From NCBI GenBank assembly GCA_964016885.1, contig OZ024741.1:336598001-336662000 (forward strand): DNA of 64,000 nt, given 5' to 3'. Shown one piece after another: positions 52,313-64,000 of this stretch. A model generated the notes under the pieces. That model was not told where the DNA came from, searched no databases, and worked only from the letters and a program-made list of their open reading frames with translations. This stretch comes from Eledone cirrhosa (lineage: Eukaryota). Position 1 is the stretch's first letter; each line of letters begins with the position of its first letter. The translations under genes were made by a program, and so were the position numbers.

Positions 52313-54460
52313 GATGAAACCTGTGGCTGGAGCAGAGCTCCAACCAGACAGAGAGTGACCTGGTGGTGGAACAGCACAGTAGATAAGGCTATTAGAGACA
52401 AAAGACTAGCATGGAAGGCTTGGAAAAAGGGTGGGAGTAGGGAAGAATATACAGCCACTAAGAGAGAAGCTAGACGTCACGTGTACTTAGCACGCAGGGA
52501 GGCAGAGAGTAGGAGGTTTGCCAATGTTCTGCGACGGGAAGATCAGAGGCGTGCGGTGTTCCACATTGCAAGGCAGTGTGTCAATGCAAATCAGGATGTT
52601 GTTGGAGATAAATGTGTCCGGGATGATGCCGGTGTACTTAGTGTCACGAATGATCAGAAAGAGGAGGCCTGGAAATGTCATTATGAGAGACTGATGAATG
52701 TGGAGAACGAATGGGAGAGAGAGAAATTACCCTTGGTAGATCCGACAGAGAGACCAGCTATTGATATTGACGAATATAGGGTCCAAGAGGCGATTAGGGA
52801 AATGAAAAATGGTAAGGCGGCCGGACCATCGGGAATAGTTGCTGAGATGCTGAAGGCATCAGGGGACGTAGGCACTAAACTGGTTGCACGCATCATCAAT
52901 CAGGCTATATATGGTGGTGTCATACCCAAAGACTGGTGCAGCAGTATTCTCATAAACTGCTACAAAGGTAAAGGGGATGCTTTGGAGAGGAGCAATTATA
53001 GGGGTATAAAACTGATAGATCAGGTTATGAAAGTGGCAGAAAGGATTTTAGCACAACTAATTAGAGAAAGAGTCAAACTAGATGAGATGCAGTTTGGTTT
53101 TGTGCCTGGGAAGAGTACAACAGATGCCCTCTTCTTGGTGAGACAAATGCAAGAGAGGTTCTTAGAGAAGAATAAGCCACTATACTTAGCCTTTGTTGAC
53201 CTAGAGAAGGCCTTTGATAGGGTACCCCGATCTGTCATCTGGTGGTCCCTAAGGAAGCTAGGTGTTGAGGAATGGCTTGTGAGGACAGTGCAAACTTTGT
53301 ACAGAGGTACTCTCAGTAAAGTCAAGGTAGGAATGGAGTTTAGTGAGGAATTCCAGATACAAGTAGGAGTACATCAGGGTTCGGTCCTCAGCCCGCTCTT
53401 GTTCATTATAGTCCTCCAAGCCATAATAGAGGAGTTTAAGACTGGCTGTCCATGGGAACTTCTCTATGCTGACGATCTGGTTCTTATAGCAGAATCAGTA
53501 GAGGAGCTAGAGAATAAATTCTGGCTATGGAAACAGCAGTTGGAAGCAAGAGGACTGAGAGTGAATCTAGCTAAGACAAAAGTGTTGATGAGTAGAAAAG
53601 AGGACAAAACCCTGATTCCGTCAGGGAAATGGCCATGTTCGATATGCAGAAAAGGAACTGGCATAAATTCTATAAAATGCACACAATGCAGATCCTGGGT
53701 ACACAAGAGATGTAGCGGGATAGCAGGCAAACTAACAGGTAGGGAGAAATATGTATGCAGTAGATGTACAGGGAAATTAGACAGTAGAAGTCGCACTGAT
53801 AGACACATTTTTCAAATGCAAGAGGGCGCTATAGAAGTGGTGGATAGCTTCCGGTACCTAGGAGATCAGATTAGCATGGGAGGAGGGTGTTCCGAGGCCA
53901 TAGTATCTAGAATAAGGACGGGTTGGAAGAAGTTTAGGGAGCTGCTTCCTCTGTTGACGAAGAAGGGTTTCTCCCTGCGTACAAAAGGCCGGTTGTATGA
54001 TGCCTGTGTGAGGAGCGCGATGCTGCATGGTAGCGAGACATGGGCAGCAACCGCAGAGGATATGCGACGGCTGGAGAGAAATGAGGCAAGCATGCTCCGT
54101 TGGATGTGCAGTGTAAATGTGCGTGAACGACCCAGCATAAATGTGTTGAGAGAGAAACTGTGTCTGAGAGGGATAGAATGTAGTGTACGGGAGAGGAGAC
54201 TGAGGTGGTATGGACATGTGATGCGCATGGAGGATGACCGATGGGTGAAGAAGTGCCAGGAAATGCCAGTTGAAGGAAGACGTGGTAGAGGTAGACCACG
54301 AAAAACATGGACGGAGGTGGTGAGAACAGACCTCAGATCATTGAAGCTCACGGTGGAGATGACGAGGGACCGTGACGAGTGGAGAGATGCTGTGCTGAAT
54401 AAGACCCGTCCCACCCTTGCAAGCAGGGAAAAGCGGACGTAAAATGATGATGATGATGAT
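52313..54460 (+). CDS. RTE LINE, 5'-truncated but uninterrupted frame to stop 54442 (RT + PHD-like finger; APE endonuclease missing)
   Basis: Real homology begins at DETCGW..WWWN. KGKGD...[48 protein letters not shown]. Sequence upstream of 52313 in the ORF track is microsatellite. Confidence 0.9.
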
Positions 54461-54751
54461 GATATATATATACATACATGTACAGACATACACACACACA
54501 GATACACATATATATATATATAGTAATAATAATAAATCTGAAGAGTAAAATCCAAAGAGGGCTCGATAAGGATAAATATATATCAAATATATAAGAACCA
54601 TAAAGCAAATATTTTTTAAAATAAAAAATTAAAGTTTAAGCAAAGAATCACAGTTTTCACCCTTAATGGGATCTTCTATATTAAATATTGTATATATATA
54701 TATATATTAAATATTATATATATATATATACACAATATTTAATATAGAAAT

Positions 54752-54803
54752 GGCTTCTACAGGACTAGAACTATTTCATTCGAAGGAAATCATCAGGAAA
54801 GCC
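54752..54803 (-). ncRNA. Type-I hammerhead motif (50176 family, covarying stem I)
   Basis: GGCTTTC CTGATGA tttccttcgaat GAAA TAG ttctagtc CTG TA GAAGCC. Confidence 0.7.
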
Positions 54804-55207
54804 CTGATCATGCTGGTTGGGTCTTGTAATTATCAAGAGATTTCTCTTGCCTGAGTCTTCCTGGATCAGAGGAAAGTCAAGGAGACACAACCAAACACAG
54901 AAGTAGCAGTCAGAAGAAAGTCAGGGATGGTAAGGAATGGATAGCAATCTGAGGGAAACTCAAGGCCAGTACATCTGGGAGAGATAACCAGGTGTAGGGG
55001 TAGCTAATTAATTGAAACTGTAGTCTGTTAGTTAATTAAAAAATAAAATACTTTGAATATTCCCTCATGATTTTGTTTGGATGAATTAATCCTTGTTTAA
55101 GTATGTTTACCTCACATCTTTATATATACAGTTTTGACTAATTATTCTATGTACTATACATACACCTTTAATCAGTTGTAGTGCACCTGTACACAATAAT
55201 TTTCATT

Positions 55208-55400
55208 ATGGATTGGCAGTATCGGTAGAGGGTCGGACGCCATGCTTTGACGCATAGAGTTACGGCCCTTGCCATTCTGAGTTCAAATCCCGCCGAGGTT
55301 AACTTTGCCTTTCATACTTACGGGGTTGATAAAATAAAGTACCAGTAATGCACTGGAATAATTGCTGGCCTTGTGCCAAAAGTAGAAACAATTATTATTA
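55208..55400 (+). mobile_element. SINE family A
   Basis: GGATTGGCAGTATCGGTAGAGGG...GAGTTCAAATCCCG...AGTAGAAACAATTATTATT. Confidence 0.82.
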
Positions 55401-56029
55401 AAGTTACAATTCTTACCACATTGTGTTAATGCTTACTTTATTAATTATGTCACCTTATAAACATACAGAGCAGGACCATCACCAGACTTTGGTACTAGGG
55501 ATGGTATCTTCCGAGGCCCCAGACTTCAGTGCTAGGAGTGTTGTCTTCAGAACATTTCGTGTGGGCACTCTAATTTGCAATAATTCAAAATCAGAGTTTT
55601 GGAATCAAGAATTGTCACAATAAAACTTTCTACATCTGAGGGTACACCGTTGGAAAGTAGGAGGTGTCTCTGTGTGGGTGAGGGAGGGGGGGCAGTGCTA
55701 TCAATTACTCTCCCTTTATCCCCCAGTGTTGGACCTGATTTTTTATTTTAAATGACTGACAAAATACTAGACCTCATTCTCTTACCAATTGTGGTGGAAC
55801 ATGTCAAATCAGACCAAGGAAACAATGTTTCCTTTGATATTTCCTTTGCTGATATTTACCATATCATCTCCTGGCAGAAAGAGCAGCATGATATAAAGTT
55901 TCTTGCTCACAACCTTACGATTGTAAATTTAATTCTCTAACCACTAAGCCATGTGCTTTCATGTGATTATATTTGATACAGGGTTAGATTTGTCCTTTCA
56001 TTGAAAACAGTGTATCCTGATTAATATGA

Positions 56030-56470
56030 GTGAGGAACACTTTTGATCCTATGTTTCTTGGACAACTGTAAAACAGTATCAAAATAAAACCCCGATACAA
56101 GATTCCTTTTTCTGAACACATCTATCTATAGAGGAGACTGAAAGGAATATGGGAAATTTAATGATTAAGGAAGCCATTTTCGTCAGATGAATAAATCCAG
56201 AGATAAATAATAGATCAGAAATGCATGAGGCAGAGTGGTTACTGTAGTGACCTTTCATATGCGCAAGTGTTTTTCAAACACACAGACCAGTTAGGAAAGA
56301 AAACTCTGATCACTCGTTTGTTTTGTCTTGGGCTTTTTCAGCGCTGAAAAGAGGGTAGTAGCCATGAAATATCATGCTAAAATACACTGGGTAAAACATT
56401 ACTTTGCTTTATTTCATTTGTCATCATTTGCCCATCGTATTTTTCTACCGCATTGTACCGGCCTTAAAAA
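56030..56470 (+). mobile_element. Old PLE 3' fragment (GIY-YIG C-terminus + terminus); homologous remnant at ~2610-2880
   Basis: LMIKEAIFVR*INPEINNR resembles the E..I....P.LN end of Penelope GIY-YIG. Downstream GAAAAGAGGGTA.TAGCC.TGAAATATCATG.TAAAATACACTGGGTAAAACATT is shared with 2754-2808. Confidence 0.5.
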
Positions 56471-56885
56471 AAATTTATAGGTCTTTTATTACATAAAAAT
56501 ATTAAATATAGTTTTCTCTGAACATCAGCATTAAAATTACATTTGAAATATTTCGGCTGCTTAATATGATATAAAAGGAAAAGCATTCATAAACATTGAT
56601 TTTTAGAAATGTCAGAAAGAAAAACTAAGAATAAATATTCACATGGAAAGGTGGCTGCATAAATTATCACTTATGATGATGCAAGATTCACTTACACCTT
56701 ACCAAGTATTATCAGAAATAGGACCTCCTCCTACACACACACACACAGTATATGTGAGCGCTTCAAATTAGATTATTATGTTGAGTAATTAGGCAATAAT
56801 AATGAAGCCGTCTTTATTCTCAACTGACTTAATTTTCATTTGTCATATTTGATTTCCGAAGACATTTTTGTTTTTTTAAGAATTT

Positions 56886-57012
56886 GTTTTATTTTTTTAT
56901 TTTTTTATTTTTTTATTTTTTTATTTTTTTATTTTTTTATTTTTTTATTTTTTTTATTTTTTTATTTTTTTATTTTTTTATTTTTTTATTTTTTTATTTT
57001 TTTATTTTATTT
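56886..57012. repeat. (T5-7A)n simple repeat
   Basis: Direct inspection. Confidence 0.85.
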
Positions 57013-57850
57013 CCATGAAATTTCTTGAAAGTAATTTATTATCTCCTTCAACTTCAATGGATCATATTTCTCTTCCTTTTAAATTAAATACTTCTCTACT
57101 ATGATATAAACAAATAAATACATACATAAATAAATAAAAACGAAACCATCTCATAAGGTTTTGTTCACACCATCATTATTGATCCTTTTAATTATCAAGG
57201 TGTTGCTAAGATTTCTTCCTCAGCCAGAATTATTCTAATTTTTACTTTATTTTAGTTACTTGGAATCAAAGCTTTCCTAGAATATTTTATGAGTTATTAG
57301 AATATAGCAGAATACAGAATATTAGCGACATGGACTTCACAATGGAATGTTTATAACTCAATAAGGGTATATATATATATAGAGAGAGGGGGAGAATGAG
57401 GGAGAGAGTAAAGAAATGAAATTTTCAATTTAATTTGATATATAGTTTGATAGGCATTATTAATCACAGTAAAGCTATCTCGATAAAAATATATATAAAT
57501 GTTGTTTGATACATATGAAACAGATAATCAGTCAAAGAAATTCTGCGAGATGATTCATAAGTTCACTATGATCTCCATTTGATTATTTATTTCAGATTCC
57601 AAAATATTAATGATTTTATTGAATTTTTACATTAAAACACCTCTGGCAATGTTCAAACACAAACCCAGTTATAAACAAATTAAATGTTCTGGTTTTCTGA
57701 TGCAACTTTTCAGATTTTTCTCCCTTGCCTTTCTTGACAAAGATTGTAATTAACATGCATAAATTTTCTTCTCGTTACATGCATAATTTCTTTAAAAATT
57801 ATTTTTGTTTGACTGCATTAAGTATATTAGACCCCTCTTAATACAAAAGA

Positions 57851-58053
57851 CATCTCTTAACTATGGGTTCTTTATAAGATAGCATCTCTTAACTATAGGT
57901 TCTTCATTATTATGTCTCTTAATTATAGGTTCTTCATAAGATGGTGTCTCTTAACTATAGGTTCTTCATAAGATGGCATATCTTAACTATAGGTTCTTTA
58001 TAAGATGGCATATCTTAACTATAGGTTCTTTATAAGATGGCATCTCTTAACTG
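57851..58053. repeat. 32-bp minisatellite, ~6 copies
   Basis: Unit CTTAACTATAGGTTCTTYATAAGATGGCATMT; period 32 between 57982 and 58014. Confidence 0.85.
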
Positions 58054-58365
58054 TTCTTCGTACTGAAGGCATCTCTGGAAAATTTTCCAGTTTCATGGTT
58101 TTTCCTTAGTTTTCTAAAACAATTTTTCCAAAAAGTGTTATATCAGCTTTACTTTTCATGTTTAATCAAAGAAATTATATAAGCATATATATCATTGTTG
58201 GTCATTGCTTTTCATTCACTTTTACATGTTGGCATGAGTTCCATTGGATGTTTTAAGACAATATTTTACAACCAGACACTCTTCCTGATCCCAACCACTT
58301 TAGTTGCCTCTTACAAGAGAAAAAAGATATGGTATCTATTCTAAAAACCTGGGATACAAGTGTGT

Positions 58366-58410
<45 letters not shown>

Positions 58411-58414
<4 letters not shown>

Positions 58415-58991
58415 CATAAGAGGAATCAAATGCTGTGTGCAGGAGAGGCGGTTGCGTTGGTATGGACATGTGATGCGTATGAAGGATGACAGCTGCATAA
58501 AAAGATGCAGAACACTAGAAGTCAATGGAAACCGTGGAGTTGGGAGACCCAAGAAGACCTGGGATGAGGTGATAAAAGCCGACCTTACCCAATTACACCT
58601 CTCAAAGGCGATAACACACAACCATGACCTCTGGCGTCACGCAGTAATACAGAGTACCCGACCTCCCATGGGTACAAGCTGAAGCTGAAGCATATAGACA
58701 ATATGCCCCCCACACCCCCCACTGCAAGGTGGTCGTGGAGGTGCCACGGCAAAAAAGCACCCAGCCCACACTGTAAAGTGGACGTGTAGGCGCCATCGAA
58801 AAAAAGCACCCAGCACTCACTGTAAATGAGGTTGGTGTTAGGAAGGGCATCCAGCTGTAGAAATCAAGCCAAAATCAGTTCCTGTATGAGCAAGACAAGG
58901 TCAGCCAACCAGACACTGCCCACAACAGGACAACCCGTCTAACCCATGCTAGCGTGGAAGAACGGTCATAAAACGGTGATGATGATGATGA
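58411..58991 (+). mobile_element. RTE LINE 3' fragment (second subfamily) next to (TG)n
   Basis: [23 protein letters not shown]...; UTR; (ATG)n tail. Confidence 0.85.
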
Positions 58992-59039
58992 TACACATAC
59001 ATATATATACATACACACACACATATATATATATATCAT

Positions 59040-59232
59040 AATAATTGTTTCTACTTTTAGCACAAGGCCAGCAATTAACCAGTGTATTACTGGTACTTTA
59101 TTTTATTGACCCCATAAGGATGAAAGGCAAAGTTAACTTCGGCGGGATTTGAACTCAGAATGGCAAGGGCTCTAACTCTATGTGTCATAGCATGGCGTCC
59201 GACCCTTTACCGATACTGCCAATCCACCACCC
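59040..59232 (-). mobile_element. SINE family A
   Basis: Reverse complement of 55208-55400. Confidence 0.82.
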
Positions 59233-59856
59233 TATATATATATCATAATAATAATAATATAACATGTTCAGGAACATAACCCGAAATATTGAATTATATT
59301 ATAGAAATGAGAGGTACAACTTTGGTAAAACTCTAGTCCAAATTACTTATAAAGATGAAATTTTAAAAGAAAATTATTATTTTTTGCGTCTGATTTGTTT
59401 TTTAGTGTTTAGCAAGTTGAAAGGAAATATCTTTAGAACTAGATAATATCTGCTATTAAAGAGTATTGTTGTGAAAAACATTCAGTGCAGCTTGTTTACA
59501 AGAGGTGCATTGGTTTCTGTGAGGTTATAATAATAGATTGTACAACAATAAATCTATTGGATGCCAGAACAGAAAGATTATTTCCAGGAAATGCACTGAA
59601 AGTTTTGCACTTTCACATTGAGTTGGCTTAATAATAGATTTTTAGGATTTTCTTTAAAAGAAAGGTTCAAAACCTGTGATGGTTTCGAACATAAAAAAAC
59701 GTTTCAATATTACACACACACACATTTACAAACACATATTCATGTACATGCATATATATATATATGTGTGTGTGTGTTGCGTATGTGTAAATATGTATAT
59801 ATTATATGCATATTTGCATGTTTATATATTACACACTCACAAACACATATTCATGC

Positions 59857-59931
<75 letters not shown>

Positions 59932-60339
59932 TATTTGCATGTTTATATATATATATATATATTGTGTGTATATATATTTATGTATATATTATTTATTATA
60001 TGCATATTTGCATGTTTATATATATATTGCGTGTATATATATATTTATGTATATATTATTTATTATATGCACACTTGCATATATATATATATATAAGAAA
60101 ATTTATTGAAAATTTATTCTACCCCTGGCCATAATACAAATGAAAGTATTGAATAGGAGTTATAGTTAGAACATTTCATATCAAGATATTTCACATTTGT
60201 TTTATTGATGTATGAACTGGATAATTATATATAAATACTTGTTGAATAACAAGTATTTATATACAAGTATTTTATTTTCATCAAACCTGTAACACAAAGT
60301 CTTTGTTTCAAACATGTGTTGTAACATCAAAGGTATCAT

Positions 60340-60506
60340 TACTACTACTACTTCTATGATGATTACTCCTCCTCCTCCTACTACTACTACTACTACTACT
60401 AATAATAATAATAATAATAATAATAATACCACCACCACCACCACCACCACCACGACCATCATTATCATCATCATCATTAATATTTTTATTGTTATTATTA
60501 TTATTT
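60340..60506. repeat. Compound trinucleotide microsatellite (ACT/CCT/AAT/ACC/ATC)
   Basis: Direct inspection. Confidence 0.85.
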
Positions 60507-61156
60507 TTGGCATTCTTTAAGACAACTATAGGTTTGTCCATGATATAACCAGTAATATTTATTGAATACTTTCAACATCAATAATAAATAAAAGACATTT
60601 TGTTGCAAACATAGATTTAACTTTGTGAGAGAAAAACAAATTTTTGTGCTTGTTAGTAATAAAGAAATTTTAAGCTATTTATCTTAACTATTTCATATAT
60701 ATATATATTTATTATATGAATTCTATCTATAGTTTTCTCTTCATAGCTAGAAACTTGACACACTAATAATTTACTTCTATACTGATATTATTTTGGACAT
60801 GATGATAAAATAAATTGTAATTTTTCCTTTAGACATAGATATAATTTCTTTATAGCTGATGTCAGTGATTTTCTATAAAGCTGACATTTCCTATAAAGCA
60901 GCTCTGTAGTATCATAAACAATTGTTAGTGAACCATACAACAAAGATAGAGTATTTGCTATCCTCAAGTAAGAATTATAGCATGAAAACTTTTTCATTGT
61001 TGTTATAATACAGCAACATTATCTTTAAAATCTATATATACATATATGAATATACATACATACACACATACATGTGTGTGTGTATTTATGTATATACATG
61101 TGTGTGTGTGTATATATATATATATATGTATATGTATATGTATATATATATGCATG

Positions 61157-61194
<38 letters not shown>

Positions 61195-61320
61195 TGTATG
61201 TATGCATATGCCAGTGTCTATATGCATGTATATATATATGTATATATGTGTGGATATATATATATGTGTGTGTGTGTATAAGTATGTATATACATGTATG
61301 TATATGTATGTATATATATG

Positions 61321-61400
<80 letters not shown>

Positions 61401-61479
61401 TGTATGTATACATATGCCAGTGTCTATATTCATGTATATATATATATGTATATATATATGTATATGTATATATGTGTGG

Positions 61480-61511
<32 letters not shown>

Positions 61512-62034
61512 ATATGCATGTATATATATATATGTATGTATATGTATGTATTTATATATATGTATGAATATGTATGTATGTATATATTTATATAGGAAGA
61601 GTTATACTTTTCATTTAACATAACTGACAAACAATGTTAAGCCAAAACAAAATAATTTGACAGGTTACATTCTCTGTTTCTTTTTTCTTTCCCCTCTGAA
61701 TAAACTAGTGCTTCTTGTTCCACATGACTAAATTATAGCATCATAATCACTGTTGCCATGTCATGCCACATCATCATCATCATCATGCTGGGTAGTAACA
61801 GTACCAGCAGCAGTGAGGCTCTGTGGTGCTGCAATAGGCTGGTTAGTTCAGTTCTTTAAACTAACCTCTCTTCAGCTAATACTAAACTAATGCTATATTT
61901 TTCATTTCTAGACGTTCGACTTCTCTGTTTCATTATTAGCAGAAAAATGGTCATGGAAAAATAGTCATCTTATAAAATACCTCAATATTTTTCTTCATCT
62001 TCTCTACTCCTTCTTCTTCTCATCATCATCATCA

Positions 62035-62459
62035 TAATAATAATAATAATGATTTCATTTATTAGCCACAAGGGCTGACATGTAGGGGACAATACAAAGA
62101 CAGGGACAGTGGGGGTTTTCAATAAGGTGGAGTAAAAGTGCACAATGGCAAGACTAATTTAACAATGAAAATATAAAAATATAAAATAAACTATGCATAA
62201 ATATAACAAAATAAATTCCCTGATAGGGGGTGTACGACCCTGGGGTGCTTCAGGTACCCCACCAATCCTGAACCACCCTGCGCTTCTAGGGCACCCAGGG
62301 AGAGCACCCCTCTCCTCAAGTTAGCCAGCCTATAGGCGCATGGTCAGAGTAGGCCCATTCACACGAGCCATTCTCGCCACATTCACCCACCTTTTAGCAA
62401 ATGTACTGGGGGGCAGCACTTCTCTCTCCACCCTCACCTTCCTTTCCAGGTGAAACTTG
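62035..62459 (-). mobile_element. L1/Tx1-like LINE 3' end
   Basis: FKFHLERKVRVEREVLPPSTFAKRWVNVARMARVNGPTL is homologous to the end of 38125-39600. Confidence 0.7.
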
Positions 62460-62479
62460 AATAATAATAATAATAATAA

Positions 62480-62695
62480 TAATGGTTTCTTATATAGGCA
62501 CAAGGCCAGCAATTTTTGGGGAAGGGAAAAGTCGATGAAATTGACCCCAGTGCGTGACTCATACTTTATTTTATCGACCCTGTAAGGATGAAAGGCAAAG
62601 TTAACCTCGGCAGGATTTGAACTCAGAATAGAAAGGGATGTAACACTTTGCATCAAAGCATGGCGTCCGACCCTCTACCGATACTGATACTGCCG
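62480..62695 (-). mobile_element. SINE family A
   Basis: Shared core and B-box. Confidence 0.78.
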
Positions 62696-62699
62696 ATAA

Positions 62700-63628
62700 T
62701 AATAATAATAATAAGGCTTTCTTTATTAACCACAAGGGTTTACATAAAGTAGACATTAAGGACAGTATAGGACAATACAGGACGGTACAAATGGGCATTT
62801 CTGCGTATAAAATAAACAGAGGATATAATAAAAATAACAATGAAAAATTCCCCAATGGGGGGAGACTTCCGAAGAACATTTGTGGAGAAAGCCCATTAAA
62901 AGGCCACAGTGACCCTGACCACCAGGGCAAGTGCCCTCTCCCAGTTTTCCACCTTTAATTTAAAGACACATACTCAGAGTAGGCCCATTCACTCGGGCCA
63001 TACTTGCTTCTTTCACCCATCTTTCAACAAAATGCTGGGAAGAGAGCACTTCCCTCTCTACCCTGATTTTCCTTTTCAAATGAAATTTGAAAAAGTTAAT
63101 CAGGGCATCACCGAAGAGGTAAATGCTCATCTTCAGCCCTTTCAAACGTGTCCACCATACTATCTCTTTCGCCATGGCCACCAGACAGATAAAAACTGCC
63201 TGCCCTTGCCGGCTAAAGGAAGAGGGCGGGGCAATCCTCACGATGGACTCAGCTGATAGCTGGATCCGTCCTACACGTGACAGCAGGTGTTCGACATAAA
63301 CCCACAAGTCAGCAATGCTCGGGCACTGGACGAGTGCACACCCTGTGCGCATCTCGTACATGCCCGGCTGACGGCACTTCCATGCCTGTAGAGTTTATCC
63401 CAAACTGGCAAAGCTCCTTGGTAGCACTGCCAGGCCAGGGATTTCTGGAAATTGTACATAGGCCCCGGCCCAAAAGTTCTTCCGAAGAGATTGGCTAGTT
63501 GATTTTCGTTGACGCCTAGAGTTTCCCCAAGTACATCATCGCTCTTCCCCTCCACTAATCCTCTATAGAATGCCAAGGTGGAGTTTCCACTGATCACATT
63601 GCCCGACTGGTCGAGGGCAGTGGGCGCC
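62700..63628 (-). mobile_element. L1/Tx1-like LINE ORF2 3' fragment
   Basis: NFQKSLAWQCYQGALPV.DKL...ACTRC...ALVQCP....LW resembles zf-RVT; (ATT)n tail. Confidence 0.75.
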
Positions 63629-63629
63629 T

Positions 63630-63870
63630 AATAATAATGAAATTATTGTGTATGGTGCTTAGGTGCACTCATCAAAGGTGCATTTATAGTACATAGAATA
63701 ATGTACAAATGTCAGGAAAGTGAACAGTATATGAGTCATGATATACTTGTGTGCATGTGTATGGAGGGGGTATATCAGGTGTAATGTTGGCGAATTTCAG
63801 GATGCATGGAGGTTTTAAAGGATGCAGTGTCTCGGCAGCTAACAATTGATGCAGGTAGTTTGTTCCATGC
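63630..63870 (-). mobile_element. CR1-like LINE 3' end (also remnant at ~5090-5165)
   Basis: WNKLPASIVSCRDTASFKTS matches the CR1/L2-type terminal motif WN.LP..VV....F K. Confidence 0.55.
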
Positions 63871-64000
63871 TCACCTATTCCTGGGAGGGTCATGAGAGCA
63901 AGGTTCAGCAGGTACCAGAGTCTTGAGATACATAACCTTTGTGCTTCCATCCAATTTCTTCATAATTTAAAAATTAATTGAAATACATAGGTAGTATATT

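Noticed and set aside
57851-58053. CRISPR-like array
   Set aside because: Contiguous 32-bp units without unique spacers, in eukaryotic DNA with no cas genes; this is a minisatellite.

Overview
AT-rich eukaryotic, repeat-saturated DNA. It is most likely a cephalopod such as Octopus; this is an inference from the SINE types and the (TA)n/(CA)n load. No host protein-coding gene can be supported, and most ORF-track entries are microsatellite translations. The window is a nest of retroelements inserted into (TA)n tracts. (i) Three Penelope-like elements (PLE; RT + GIY-YIG, Naiad-like YRDD and CxCx5C signatures), one with an intact ORF (13262-15703) and 807-bp direct pseudo-LTRs. Each has a head-to-head inverted partial copy. 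(ii) About 15 type-I hammerhead ribozyme (HHR) motifs found by reading CTGANGA...GAAA...UH with paired stems. They lie in the PLE termini and in small non-coding palindromic PLE derivatives; most have palindromic minimal stem III, and some have core variants or a 116-nt stem II. (iii) About 10 5'-truncated RTE LINEs with a PHD-like finger and (ATG)n tails. (iv) Two tRNA-derived SINE families, Tx1/L1-, CR1- and Helitron-derived fossils. The most notable system is the ribozyme-bounded PLE unit (predicted 6078-nt self-excising RNA) together with its palindromic ribozyme-bearing miniature derivatives.
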